A stretch of 48,344 bases of DNA from assembly GCA_048938445.1 (NCBI GenBank), contig JBHLME010000017.1, positions 1 through 48,344 on the forward strand, read 5' to 3'. The notes below the pieces were generated by a model. It saw only the letters and a program-made list of their open reading frames with translations. It made no database searches and was not told the DNA's origin. Positions 19,777-30,694 of the stretch are shown in pieces (the first letter of the stretch is position 1; the number at the start of each line of letters is the position of its first letter). The translations under genes and the position numbers were made by a program. Source of the DNA: Promethearchaeota archaeon (GTDB lineage: Archaea; Asgardarchaeota; Lokiarchaeia; Sigyniarchaeales; SOKP01).

Positions 19777-20733
19777 ATGACATTATATAGTAAAAACGAG
19801 TCAATGGATGACAATTATGTTATTGAAACATATAATTTAACAAAAAGATACAAATTGAAAGGGAAAAGTGAAAAACTTACTGCATTAAATAAAATAAATT
19901 TCAAGGTTAAGGAAGGAGAAATTTTTGGACTACTTGGACCTAATGGAGCAGGTAAGACTACTTTAATATCTATCCTAACGACTTTATTGCAACCATCAGA
20001 GGGTTATGCTAAAATTCTTGGTAGAAATATTCTAAAAGAAAAATATTTCATAAAAAAGAATATAGGCTTGATGCTTGGAAATGAAATGATTTATTACAGA
20101 TTAACAGGTTATAGAAATTTAAAATTCTTCTGTAAAATCTATAATATCTCCAATTGTGAGGGAAAAATCAAGGAAATAGGTGATTTATTAGATCTAACAA
20201 GTAAATTAAATCAATATGTAGAGACTTATTCAAGTGGTATGAAGGTTAAATTAGCATTAGCGAGGATTTTATTAATAGATCCAAAAATTTTATTTTTAGA
20301 TGAACCTATGTTAGGATTGGATCCAATAATGGTTAAAGAAATGATAACTTTTCTAAAAAATCTTAATAAAACAATATTTATTACTTCGCATCAGATGAAT
20401 GTAGTAGAATCATTATGTAGTAAGATTGCTTTTCTTAAAGAAGGGAATATTATAAGAATTGATACAATCGATAATTTTGTAAAATTCCTTCAAAAAGAAA
20501 TAAAAATCCAAATAAAGATAGGATTGGATAAAATTACTGAATTGACTGAGGAATTAAGTACTCACAATTTTATAGGCAATATAGAAACCAATAAAGATAT
20601 TGTTTATTTTAACATTAAAGATCGAAATAATTACCCAAAAATATTTAGCTTCCTCCAAAAATATCCTGTTTCACAAATTAATGAAATAGAATTAAATTTA
20701 GATGATCTTTTTTTAAAATTAGCACGTAAATAA
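19777..20733 (+). CDS. ABC transporter ATP-binding protein (DrrA/NodI-like)
   Basis: GPNGAGKT, YSSGM, ILFLDEP, TSH. The ATG at 19777 lies 1 nt after the permease stop. Confidence 0.92.
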   Translation: MTLYSKNESMDDNYVIETYNLTKRYKLKGKSEKLTALNKINFKVKEGEIFGLLGPNGAGKTTLISILTTLLQPSEGYAKILGRNILKEKYFIKKNIGLMLGNEMIYYRLTGYRNLKFFCKIYNISNCEGKIKEIGDLLDLTSKLNQYVETYSSGMKVKLALARILLIDPKILFLDEPMLGLDPIMVKEMITFLKNLNKTIFITSHQMNVVESLCSKIAFLKEGNIIRIDTIDNFVKFLQKEIKIQIKIGLDKITELTEELSTHNFIGNIETNKDIVYFNIKDRNNYPKIFSFLQKYPVSQINEIELNLDDLFLKLARK

Positions 20734-20777
20734 CAAAAAATCTCATTTAAAAATCTATTTTCAAATTTAATAAGTAT

Positions 20778-21911
20778 TTATTTAAATAGTATTTTTTTAA
20801 CAATTCTTAATAAATTACTTCTATACACCAGAGATTTCATAAATTTTTTAATTATGACAAGTAAATTTATAATTCGCGCTTTGTAGATGATTGAAATAAG
20901 AATAATTATAATTCTTTTCTTAATATTAGCTTTACTCTTTATAAATTCTAAAGCATTTATTGGTAAGAAAAGATCAACAATCTGCAAATATAACATTATA
21001 TTATTAATATTTTCTTGGTATGTGGTGTTTTTATAATTTTCATTAGTTTTTTGAAAAAGTGCCCATATCTTTTCAGTCCCAATTATTAATTTAAATCCGT
21101 TTTGTGTCATAATTTTATTTAAAGAGTTTAAATTAAAGTAGTATAAGTGTTCAATTACGAAGTAAGGAAGAAAGCTATGATAAACTTTATGTACATTAAA
21201 TAATCCAGGCAATTCTATAAAAATATATCCATTATCTTCTAAACATAGCCATAATCTTCTAATATAATCATCTATATTATGCAGGTGTTCTAAAATATGA
21301 GAAGCAATTATAAGATTAGCTTTCTTTGGATATTTCAATAACTCATCTATGCTTCCTAATTTTAAATTTAATCCTTGAGATACTCCATAATTTAAAAATT
21401 CTTTATTAACATCAACCCCAAATATTTCAAATCCCTCATTTTTAAAAATATCTAAAACACCTCCCGTACCAGTTCCAAAATCAAATACTACTCCTTTTTT
21501 AAGTGGTGTATAACGTGAAATTATATTCAGTTGTCGCTTTCCAGATTCTTTTTCTTTCTCAAAAACGATAGCATGAGTCTCTATATTTTCATTTTTTTTT
21601 GAAGCAGAAGATAAATCTCTATAAAATTTCTCATAAAATGTTAATATTGTATCTTCTGAAATTCTAGGATTTTGACGAACTAATCCACAATTTTTACATA
21701 AAACAATTCTTATATTTAATCCTCTTCGTTCTTTTAAAGATAAAACAATATCATCATTAGTTGAACATCTACATCCATAATTCTCCCACCTTAGAACACC
21801 TTTTTTGAAAGCTAAAAATATTTCTTTTTTTGTTTTTTCCTGCTGTTTATTTAATACAAAAAATGACTTTTGATCAGGTTTGTATAAAGAAGATAAGAAT
21901 ATTTTTGACAT
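20778..21911 (-). CDS. Class I SAM-dependent methyltransferase with N-terminal Cys cluster
   Basis: CRC...C..CGL...NPR, FDFGTGTG, GVD, HILEH, IELP, EHLYYF. Confidence 0.85.
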   Translation of the reverse strand: MSKIFLSSLYKPDQKSFFVLNKQQEKTKKEIFLAFKKGVLRWENYGCRCSTNDDIVLSLKERRGLNIRIVLCKNCGLVRQNPRISEDTILTFYEKFYRDLSSASKKNENIETHAIVFEKEKESGKRQLNIISRYTPLKKGVVFDFGTGTGGVLDIFKNEGFEIFGVDVNKEFLNYGVSQGLNLKLGSIDELLKYPKKANLIIASHILEHLHNIDDYIRRLWLCLEDNGYIFIELPGLFNVHKVYHSFLPYFVIEHLYYFNLNSLNKIMTQNGFKLIIGTEKIWALFQKTNENYKNTTYQENINNIMLYLQIVDLFLPINALEFIKSKANIKKRIIIILISIIYKARIINLLVIIKKFMKSLVYRSNLLRIVKKILFK

Positions 21912-22027
21912 TGTTTTATATCTATTTAAAATATTTTTTCATTTTATTCTAATTATTAAAATAGTTAAATATTAATAATCCTCTTTTTCTAGTATAAAAT
22001 TACTAATTGACACTATTTAATCCCTTT

Positions 22028-23113
22028 TTATTCAAAAATTAGGTTAATAATTTTTTCCATTATTTTTTCCCATGAAAAATTATTTTTTACAAATTCATAT
22101 CCTTTTTGAGCAATATTCTCTCTTAATGCTGGATTTTGAATATAATATTTAATCTTTTCTAACATGTTGTCCATATCTTGAAACCAATCTAAATGCTCTT
22201 CCTTTTTAAAGAACTTTTTTAAATCATGACAATATTCACTAAGTAAAAAAGAACCTGTTCCCATTGCTAATAATACTCTATCTGAAAAACCAGAGAGATC
22301 TCGAACAAAATTTAAAACTATTTTAGATCTTCTATAAACATCTGCTAATTCATAAAGATAAACTGAGCTATTTTTCCAACCCGATCCATAACAAATAACA
22401 CTAATTCCATTTTTTTTAAGAAAATTTATAAATCTTTCTCTTTTTGGTGATTTGGAACCTGCAAATACCACATCTATATCCTTTTCTGAAGATTTTATGT
22501 CTGGTTTATATATATCAATATCATAGCCCTCAGTAATATGGAAGGCTGTTGCCCCTCTTTTTTTAAACAATTTTGTTACATTACTAAAGGTTGCACTAGA
22601 TCCCGTACATAAGGATGCATATTTATCAGCATTTATTTCTAATGCTGTCTTTAGGGGATCCATGATAAAATACCATGTTTTTGAGAAATGATTGAATTTT
22701 TTTATTGAGTGATAATTTATTGTATCTGACTTAGCAAGGAATATGAGATCATATTTATTCATTTTAATTTCTTGTATTAATTGTTTATTCATTTTCCAAT
22801 TTCCATTTAAATAAAACTTCTTTATTTCTAATATTTTTTGAAAGAATGGGATATTTTGAGGAATTTTTAACAATATCAATCGAATTAATTCTCTAAAAAT
22901 CAAATCTGTTTTTTTTAAAATTCGGATTATTATTTTATTATTATTTAACTTTTTATCTTGGTAATCATTTAAGATAACGGGTAATTTTTTGTTATATCTA
23001 TAATAAAATTTAAATACTCTATGCCCTAATTTTTTAAAACCCCTTGCTCTTGAATGATCTGCTGACCATGGCACTGAAAAATAACCAACATACAAAATTT
23101 TCAAATTTGACAT
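22028..23113 (-). CDS. Glycosyltransferase (CgeB / Glyco_trans_1_2-like)
   Basis: DVVFAG....R, SKIVLN, SDRV...G..LLS, I..KGY...W. Confidence 0.82.
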   Translation of the reverse strand: MSNLKILYVGYFSVPWSADHSRARGFKKLGHRVFKFYYRYNKKLPVILNDYQDKKLNNNKIIIRILKKTDLIFRELIRLILLKIPQNIPFFQKILEIKKFYLNGNWKMNKQLIQEIKMNKYDLIFLAKSDTINYHSIKKFNHFSKTWYFIMDPLKTALEINADKYASLCTGSSATFSNVTKLFKKRGATAFHITEGYDIDIYKPDIKSSEKDIDVVFAGSKSPKRERFINFLKKNGISVICYGSGWKNSSVYLYELADVYRRSKIVLNFVRDLSGFSDRVLLAMGTGSFLLSEYCHDLKKFFKKEEHLDWFQDMDNMLEKIKYYIQNPALRENIAQKGYEFVKNNFSWEKIMEKIINLIFE

Positions 23114-23327
23114 AGTTATTACAATAAAAAAAAATTTTAATAAATGCTTTACGTCATTAATTTACTTATTATGAAATTGCATTAAATTTTAGCATTATTT
23201 TATATAATCCTTGATATTTAATAGAGTTTTTCAGTTTTGCAAATTAAATCTATTACAATAATAAATTAAAAAATAAATGTATCTTTTTTGAAATACAAAG
23301 TAAAATCAATTTAGTATTAAATCTGAA

Positions 23328-24383
23328 ATGAAATTTTGTTTTTTTGGTTGGAACTTTCCTATATGGATTGGTAAAGCTCTAGAAAAAGAAGGGCATTATG
23401 TTTTATTTAACCAATTTTCACCAGACGTAGATGTGGTTGTCACCCAAGGTTTAAAATATATTTATGGTGCTTATAGAAATATAAAATCAATCAAAAAAAA
23501 TAAAATAAAACTAATAAATTTTTTTCATGATGTTCCTCCATGGAGAGTTCAATATAATTATGATGAGAATTCCCTTAAAAATTATGTGAGAATGTTATTA
23601 TATGACTATTTAAATAGAAAACAGTTTCTTTATGATAAAGTAAAAAATCTACATCCTTCAATTGAGAACGGAAAGTTTAAAAATCTAATTTTGGATTATA
23701 TTCACAGACTTTTTGATACTCGCCTTACAAATAGATTCACATATTTAATAATATATAAAAAATTTATGAAGAAAGCTGATCTTAATCTATCAATTTCAAA
23801 ATATGCCCAGGTTCTAGCAAAAAAGATATTGAGTTTAGACACAGAACTCTGTTATCTTTGTGTGAATTCAGATCTCTTATTATCTATACCTAAATTTCCA
23901 ATAAAATATGATGCTATTAATATAAGCAGAATAGCAAAAAATAAAAGACAAGAACTATTTGTTGAAGCTGCTATTAATTGTGGATTAAATATTGCTGTTT
24001 TCGGAGCATATGAAGATAGATCTATAAAGCTAAATTGTCCACATTATTTTATACCCGATCATAGAACAGTACTGGAAGAATTAAGTAAAGCGAGATTTTA
24101 TGTAGATCCTTCTACACACGAAGGATTTGGAATGACCCCTGTAGAAGCAGCATATTTAGATAAAATTACTATTGCATCTGATATCCCTATACACAAAGAA
24201 ATTTTAGGTGATTACCCTCTTTATTTTAAAAAAGACAATTTAAAAGATTTAGAAGAAAAAATGAGAATGGTTATAAATGGAGATTTTACTAAAGATAAGG
24301 ATTCAGTTAATTTGATTAAAGAAAGATACTCGATTCAAACTATGAAAAAAAACTTCTTAGAGCATGCTGAATCGCTTTTATAA
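23328..24383 (+). CDS. GT4 glycosyltransferase
   Basis: ISR...K, PS.HEGFGMTPVEA, SDIP..KE. Confidence 0.87.
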   Translation: MKFCFFGWNFPIWIGKALEKEGHYVLFNQFSPDVDVVVTQGLKYIYGAYRNIKSIKKNKIKLINFFHDVPPWRVQYNYDENSLKNYVRMLLYDYLNRKQFLYDKVKNLHPSIENGKFKNLILDYIHRLFDTRLTNRFTYLIIYKKFMKKADLNLSISKYAQVLAKKILSLDTELCYLCVNSDLLLSIPKFPIKYDAINISRIAKNKRQELFVEAAINCGLNIAVFGAYEDRSIKLNCPHYFIPDHRTVLEELSKARFYVDPSTHEGFGMTPVEAAYLDKITIASDIPIHKEILGDYPLYFKKDNLKDLEEKMRMVINGDFTKDKDSVNLIKERYSIQTMKKNFLEHAESLL

Positions 24384-24385
24384 TT

Positions 24386-25858
24386 TTATTTGAACCTGAT
24401 TTTGTGAATAATTCGTTTAAATAATATATTGAGATATTCAAAATATTTCATCATTTTGAGTATAATTCTATGAAAATAATCACTTTTTATGTTTAATAAA
24501 GATTTTATCTCCTTTTGAGTTGGAATTGAACTTAACCACGAATTATTTTTAAAATCTCTGATAATCCAGTCAATTCCATTAGTTATTATACCAAATCTAG
24601 CTAAACTTGAATCTGGATTTTCCGTTAGATAAAAAATCTTCTTTAATGCATTCCATTCATTATCGTTTATTTCAGAATGATTTGCAAACTTTATTATAAT
24701 CCTTATTTTACCATAAATTTTAACAAAATAGAAATTACTCAAATCTAATTTATATCTAAATACATTATTTTTTATTTTTATATCAATTGATTCTTTTTTC
24801 TTTAAACTTCTTTTATGATATCCTAAAATTGAAAGAACTTGGATTATTCGTTCAGATAATTCCATATCCAAATGAACAGATGAAATCTTATTCATATCTA
24901 ATATATTTTCAGTATTTATTATAAAGGGTGTAAAATCTATTTTTTTTTTATTTTTTAAAATTTGAAAAATATATTCAAATCTTTTTTTCCAAGTATGATT
25001 TTCCTTAGCTCGTTTATATCCCTGATTGGCAATTTTAACTCTTTCATCTTCATTCTCTAAAAAATATATGATCTTGTTATATAAGTCTCGTTTATTTTTC
25101 CAACAGACAATTTCCTTATCAATTTCAAAATATTCCTCAACACAGGGAGTATATTGCATTAATTGGAAATTTCCTGACATACAAATTTCAAAAGTACGTT
25201 GATTTACAATTCTTCCGGGTGGTTCTTTAGGAGCGAAAGATATGTTGATTTTTGATTGATTATATATTTTATTAATTTCTTCTAAAGAAAAAAACATCTT
25301 TACTCCATCTCCTAAAGGAAAAAAACATTTTAAATTATTTTTATATGAAAAATTATATAGATTCTTTAAATAATAACCCCTTTCACCATAATGTCTTCCT
25401 ATAAAAGAGATATGAAATTTTTTCTCAATTTCAAGTGGATAAAAAATAAAAGGATTTGCAGCCATTCCCGCATAAATTAAATTCTCTCGATTATATTTCT
25501 CCATCAGTGATTTAGCATAAAATTCAACATACCATAAATTCATAAAAATCGACATTTTACCTATATGCGGTCGATTTATTGCATTAGTAAAACAATTAAG
25601 TAATGGAATTGTTATTTTTCTTCTCTGCCATCTTATTAAATGATCTAATTCCCCATAAAAACCAAAGATTAATGATGTATCTGGATGTTTTTTAATAGTT
25701 TTTTCTAAAATATTTAAATCACCCCAATTTTCCTCAGGAGCTTTAATTTCATAATTCTCCGGTAAAATTACATCATAATAGCGACATAATTCGTCATAAA
25801 TCTGGATCCACCAATCAGATAACGTATGATTAAATATTATTTTCGCTTTCTTTTCCAT
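24386..25858 (-). CDS. Glycosyltransferase (CgeB-like) with an extra C-terminal domain
   Basis: ISFIG...R, SKINI, R.FEI..SG, IA..GY.RA...HTW..R, followed by about 170 extra aa containing FGIITNG..W. Confidence 0.8.
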   Translation of the reverse strand: MEKKAKIIFNHTLSDWWIQIYDELCRYYDVILPENYEIKAPEENWGDLNILEKTIKKHPDTSLIFGFYGELDHLIRWQRRKITIPLLNCFTNAINRPHIGKMSIFMNLWYVEFYAKSLMEKYNRENLIYAGMAANPFIFYPLEIEKKFHISFIGRHYGERGYYLKNLYNFSYKNNLKCFFPLGDGVKMFFSLEEINKIYNQSKINISFAPKEPPGRIVNQRTFEICMSGNFQLMQYTPCVEEYFEIDKEIVCWKNKRDLYNKIIYFLENEDERVKIANQGYKRAKENHTWKKRFEYIFQILKNKKKIDFTPFIINTENILDMNKISSVHLDMELSERIIQVLSILGYHKRSLKKKESIDIKIKNNVFRYKLDLSNFYFVKIYGKIRIIIKFANHSEINDNEWNALKKIFYLTENPDSSLARFGIITNGIDWIIRDFKNNSWLSSIPTQKEIKSLLNIKSDYFHRIILKMMKYFEYLNILFKRIIHKIRFK

Positions 25859-26068
25859 TTTTAACTTAATTGAAAATTATAAATCAATTCTTTTTTTTTA
25901 TATATAATTAAAATAACTAATTTAATTTTAAGTCATATTCATCGCTTAATTTGGTAAATATTTGATTGAATTAATTTAAAAGAATATTTATCTTATTATT
26001 ATTATTTAATCATAATAATGAATTTAAAGTATTAATCAAATTGATAGAAATTCTTATTAAAAAAAAAA

Positions 26069-27184
26069 ATGAAAAAAGTACTCGTAACTGGTTCTAGTGG
26101 ATTAATTGGATCAGCTGTCTGTGAAAAATTTGCAATGATGGATTGGCAAGTAATTGGAGTAGACAAATATTTAAGAAGTATTTTATTGCAATCTAAAGAT
26201 GCTGAAACCAAGGGCCAGATTAAAAAAATACAAGAAACATATTCTAACATCACTGAATATGAATATGATATTAACGACACTAAAAATATGGGTCAATTAA
26301 TCAATGATGTTGATGCTATAGTCCATTGCGCTGCCCAAGTAAGCCATCCAAGATCACTTGAAATTCCTCTCGAAGATGCAAAAATCAATATTATGGGCAC
26401 TTTGAATCTACTAGAATTAACAAGAGAAATTAATTCAGAAATTCCTATAGCATTTTTATCTACTAATAAAGTCTATGGTGATTATCCAAATTTTTTTAAT
26501 TATAAAATTTTAGATGATGGAATTTATAAAAGATATGAAAATACTTTATATGATTCTTTTGATGAAACACTCCCCATTGACCGATGTGGTCATACACCTT
26601 TTGGAGTGAGTAAAACAGCAGCAGATCTTTACATGCAGGAATATGCGTGGAATTATGGAATGAAAACAGCAACATTTAGAGGTGGTTGCTTAATTGGTAA
26701 AAATCAAAAAGCCGTAGAAACCCACGGATTTCTAGGTTTTTTCACAAAACAAATTCTTTTAAAAAATAAAATTTACATTTATGGTGGAGGTTATAGGGTA
26801 CGAGATAATATTCATTCAAGTGATGTTGCTGATGTAATATATTTATGGATAACTTCACCAAAACCAAATCAATTTGGGATATATGGAAAACCATATAACT
26901 TAGGAGGGATGAGAGAAAACTCTGTTAGTATTTTTGAAACAATAACTGCTATAGAAGAAAAAACAGGGATTAAAGCATTATATGAAGCAGCTCCTGAAAG
27001 AGAAAGTGATCATATATGGTGGATTTCTGATATGTCAAAATTTAAGCGGGATTATCCTGAATGGAAAGGATTAACAAAAGATTTAGATTTTATTTTTAAT
27101 GAACTTCTTGATAATTGGATTGAAGTATATAATCTAAATATAAAATTAAAAGAGCAATCGTATTTTAAAACCCATAGAACTTAA
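26069..27184 (+). CDS. Extended SDR nucleotide-sugar epimerase (CDP-paratose 2-epimerase/RfbE-like)
   Basis: TGSSGLIG, HCAAQ.SH, STNKVYG, FGVSK, FR.GC..G, VRD.IH..D. Confidence 0.85.
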   Translation: MKKVLVTGSSGLIGSAVCEKFAMMDWQVIGVDKYLRSILLQSKDAETKGQIKKIQETYSNITEYEYDINDTKNMGQLINDVDAIVHCAAQVSHPRSLEIPLEDAKINIMGTLNLLELTREINSEIPIAFLSTNKVYGDYPNFFNYKILDDGIYKRYENTLYDSFDETLPIDRCGHTPFGVSKTAADLYMQEYAWNYGMKTATFRGGCLIGKNQKAVETHGFLGFFTKQILLKNKIYIYGGGYRVRDNIHSSDVADVIYLWITSPKPNQFGIYGKPYNLGGMRENSVSIFETITAIEEKTGIKALYEAAPERESDHIWWISDMSKFKRDYPEWKGLTKDLDFIFNELLDNWIEVYNLNIKLKEQSYFKTHRT

Positions 27185-27278
27185 TCACTTAAATTAATCT
27201 ATAAACCTTATTTCATTTTAATAAATATTTATTATCATCTAATTTAAGAAAAATTTTTAAAAATAATAAATCTAAAGC

Positions 27279-28925
27279 ATGTCATTAAAAGACCTTACTA
27301 AATATTATCTCGATAAAATACCTAATATTGTACTTATACCTGTACATTCTAATATAGAAATATTTCCCTCATATCCACTTTTTGGAAAACGCGAAATATT
27401 ATGTGGTCCTAAACTGCAAAATATAGATACAGGAGAAAGAAAATGTATTCGTACAAGTGGACGTTTTTTTGATATAGATGAAGTGCTTTCACAACTCAAT
27501 GAAAATGATAGAAATATTGATTTAGTTGTCTCAGTTCTCCAAACATCTACGACTTGTTTTCCTAAAAATTTATATAAATTAGATTGCCCTAAAATTGCAA
27601 TTATTGCTGATACACACCATTTATTATATGCTATTAGTCCGATAATTCAATATATAAAACGTGAGAATTATGCGCATATTATAAAGGCATCTCAACCGGC
27701 TCATTTGCATTTTTTTTATGAAGCGGGGATTACACATTCTGCATTTTATCCACCTATTGCGCTACAATTTAAAAATGTGAAAAATAAAAAAAATGGCGTA
27801 ACTTTTATTGGAAAGAGGTGGAGTTCCCCCCAACTAAGGAGAAGCAGAATGGTTCAGTTTTTAGAGAAAAAGTTATCTCAACATAATATTCCATTTCATC
27901 ATTATGATCGCTTACCCTATTTTAAATGGCTCAAAGTCTTATCCCGTTCGAAAATGATCGTGATTAGTAGTCTAAATGGGCAATTCACACCTCAGATACA
28001 TAGTTGTCTCTTTGCAGGAGCATTGTGTTTTATTGACGAATTAAGTTCACAGACATTCCTTTATCAATTTTTTGAACCTGATAAACATTTGGTTACATGG
28101 TCTAGTTTTGAAGATTTACTTGAAAAAATTATTTATTATTATAATAATCCAACAGAAGCTGAAATAATTGCGAAAGCAGGTAAATTTCAAGCTGAAAATA
28201 ATTTTCCAACTTCTGAAAGTTTTGCATTGACAATCTCAAAATTTGTATTTGAAAATATGATTGATCCGAGGATGTTAGCCATTAATGATGCTAGAAGTCA
28301 GCAGAAACGAGTCGAATCTCCAGAGTATTTTAATGCGCGAGTAAGATTATATGAAAATATTCAAGAATTGCATCGTATTCATGAATCTTTAACACTTATT
28401 TCCCTTACAGAAAAGAATCTTAATCCATTAGCAGATTTGGCGGATTTACCACGATTAAAAATAACTAATGCTTTTTTTTCTGATAATTCCAAAAAGATTG
28501 CAGATCTTTATTTTCATAGGGTTGGAGTGAATCATCAAATAGAAACTATCATAATAAATAAACTCCATAAATCTCATTTATACAATATTGGCATTTTAGA
28601 GAAACAAGAAGATAATATAAAATGGAAAATGTCCATAAAATTAATTTCAAAATTTCTAAAAAAGAATTCATTACTATGGATTCTAGGAAATATATCCACA
28701 TCTGATATTGAAATTTTGAGTAAAGAAGGTTTCAAACTTTATGTGTTTAAAAATAATCATATAACTTTAAAAATAAAAAAATTAAGCAGAAAAGTTTGTT
28801 ATTTTTTTTGGAAAATTGGTAAATTTCCTTTTCCATATTTAACTTTAAAGCCAGCCATGGGAATGGCCCCTCATTTAAATGTATTTTTAAGAGGTTGGCA
28901 AGGTCATTTTCCTCAATGCTATTAA
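27279..28925 (+). CDS. Putative glycosyltransferase (Glyco_trans_1_2-like core) with an unassigned C-terminal region
   Basis: ADTHH, VTFIG...R, SLNG, F....HLVT......LLEKI.YY....EA..IA.AG. Confidence 0.65.
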   Translation: MSLKDLTKYYLDKIPNIVLIPVHSNIEIFPSYPLFGKREILCGPKLQNIDTGERKCIRTSGRFFDIDEVLSQLNENDRNIDLVVSVLQTSTTCFPKNLYKLDCPKIAIIADTHHLLYAISPIIQYIKRENYAHIIKASQPAHLHFFYEAGITHSAFYPPIALQFKNVKNKKNGVTFIGKRWSSPQLRRSRMVQFLEKKLSQHNIPFHHYDRLPYFKWLKVLSRSKMIVISSLNGQFTPQIHSCLFAGALCFIDELSSQTFLYQFFEPDKHLVTWSSFEDLLEKIIYYYNNPTEAEIIAKAGKFQAENNFPTSESFALTISKFVFENMIDPRMLAINDARSQQKRVESPEYFNARVRLYENIQELHRIHESLTLISLTEKNLNPLADLADLPRLKITNAFFSDNSKKIADLYFHRVGVNHQIETIIINKLHKSHLYNIGILEKQEDNIKWKMSIKLISKFLKKNSLLWILGNISTSDIEILSKEGFKLYVFKNNHITLKIKKLSRKVCYFFWKIGKFPFPYLTLKPAMGMAPHLNVFLRGWQGHFPQCY

Positions 28926-29047
28926 ATATAATCCTAGAAAATTCTATTTATGATTCACTTTAAAATTATTGAAAGAATGGATAAAAATTTAGATTAATAT
29001 ATCAAAACGATTTAAAGAATTAATTTACACCGATTATTAATATATTT

Positions 29048-29866
29048 TTATGGAATAAAATTATAATCTTTCCTTATAATTAACCAATTTTGATATTGGA
29101 AGTTCTCAAATCTAAAATCATATGACTTGATATAATTTATATACTTTGGGAAAATTTTATAAAAATTATAATTTAAACCTTCGAATAAATCAAAAATATC
29201 TTTTAAAAAAATATGAGCATCGATATAACATCCACCATATTCAAATTGAATAATATCAACTTGAGAATTTTCAAACATTTTTTTTCCACCTTTTAACACT
29301 TCATACTCATGTCCCTCTACATCAATTTTAAGAAAATTTATATGTTCTATGTTTTGTAGATTACAATAGTTATCTAGTGTATCTAAGCGGATTAGCTCAT
29401 TTTTTAATTCTGAATCTATGTTGATACGATCTTTAAACCATTTTCTTTTATAAAGTGAGCTTAAAGTTGATCCTTTTTCTGTAGAATATAATAGTTTCTC
29501 CTCTTTTATTGAACTCAATCCAAAATTATTACAGATAACATTACTTGGGAAATTATTGTTTATTAATTGTCCAAAAGAAACAATACTAGGTTCAAAACAA
29601 TGGAGATATATTTTTTTTTTAAAATTTAATGCTTGTTTTGTCCACTCACCAATATTTGCACCAACATCAAATATTACATCATTATCCTTCAGATTATTTC
29701 TTAAAAAACGTATTTCTCCATTAAGATGCATATTATCATTGTTATCACCATTATACATATCAATATATCTTCTGAAAAAGTTATATATCTTATAATAGCG
29801 AGGGATTAGTTCCAATATTAAGTTTAATGCTCTCTTTTTAAAAAGTATTGATTTATTCATAGACAC
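29048..29866 (-). CDS. FkbM family methyltransferase
   Basis: FDVGANIG, FEP, TLD, LKIDVEG.E..VL.G, QFEY. Confidence 0.92.
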   Translation of the reverse strand: MSMNKSILFKKRALNLILELIPRYYKIYNFFRRYIDMYNGDNNDNMHLNGEIRFLRNNLKDNDVIFDVGANIGEWTKQALNFKKKIYLHCFEPSIVSFGQLINNNFPSNVICNNFGLSSIKEEKLLYSTEKGSTLSSLYKRKWFKDRINIDSELKNELIRLDTLDNYCNLQNIEHINFLKIDVEGHEYEVLKGGKKMFENSQVDIIQFEYGGCYIDAHIFLKDIFDLFEGLNYNFYKIFPKYINYIKSYDFRFENFQYQNWLIIRKDYNFIP

Positions 29867-29923
29867 TTTTCTTTTTTATCTTATTATTTTAATCAATCAT
29901 TAATATAAAATTAATATTTATTA

Positions 29924-30694
29924 TCATTTTTTTTTAGTAAACCAAAAAAAACCACATCCATAATCACATAAATCAAGTTTGTTCTTATTGATATTTTGAA
30001 CATATCTACCACTATCATCCACACCTGAAAGCTCGACGAGTTCTAAATCTGAAAAATATTCTAAAATTTGATCAGTTGAGTGGATTCTATGACTATTAAA
30101 GCAGAGACGTGGTCTACCAATTGGTAAAGAAAAAAATAAATTTCCATCTTTTGCTAAAACTCTAACTAATTCTTTTGTAGCTTTTTTAGTTCCTAAAGGA
30201 TCTAATTTATCACCATATCTCCCAAGACCGATATGTTCCGCCACGTGAAGGCACGAAATTGACTTAATTGAATTATCTTGATAAGGAATTGAAATTATAC
30301 TTCCTTTAATTGACTTTAAATTATTTATATTAGCAGTTAATGGTCTTATATCAATGAATGTGACTTTTATAAGTACTGCTAAAAATCCTATAAAATATAT
30401 ATTTGAACCAATATCAACGTGAGAATCAGGTCCTGATTTAATAATTCTTGTAAATGCCCAAATATCTTGGTAAAAATAGTGAGGATCAAAAGGAGTTTTT
30501 GGGAGATCATCAAACAAAGCGGGTTGTAAATTTTTAAAACTCATCTCTTCTGCATATTTCATTTGGGAATAATTCTTCCAATCTCTTAAATATTTGATAT
30601 ATTTTGGAATTAAATGTTTTATATGTGAAATATTAATAATCGGTTTTATCCAATTTCTTAAAAAGAATTTGGAATGCCTTTTCTTTGTCATCAT
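29924..30694 (-). CDS. DUF268-like SAM-dependent methyltransferase
   Basis: HYFYQD.WA, HVDIGS, DIRP, SCLHVAEHIGLGRYGD.LDP.G, FN.HRI. Confidence 0.82.
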   Translation of the reverse strand: MMTKKRHSKFFLRNWIKPIINISHIKHLIPKYIKYLRDWKNYSQMKYAEEMSFKNLQPALFDDLPKTPFDPHYFYQDIWAFTRIIKSGPDSHVDIGSNIYFIGFLAVLIKVTFIDIRPLTANINNLKSIKGSIISIPYQDNSIKSISCLHVAEHIGLGRYGDKLDPLGTKKATKELVRVLAKDGNLFFSLPIGRPRLCFNSHRIHSTDQILEYFSDLELVELSGVDDSGRYVQNINKNKLDLCDYGCGFFWFTKKK

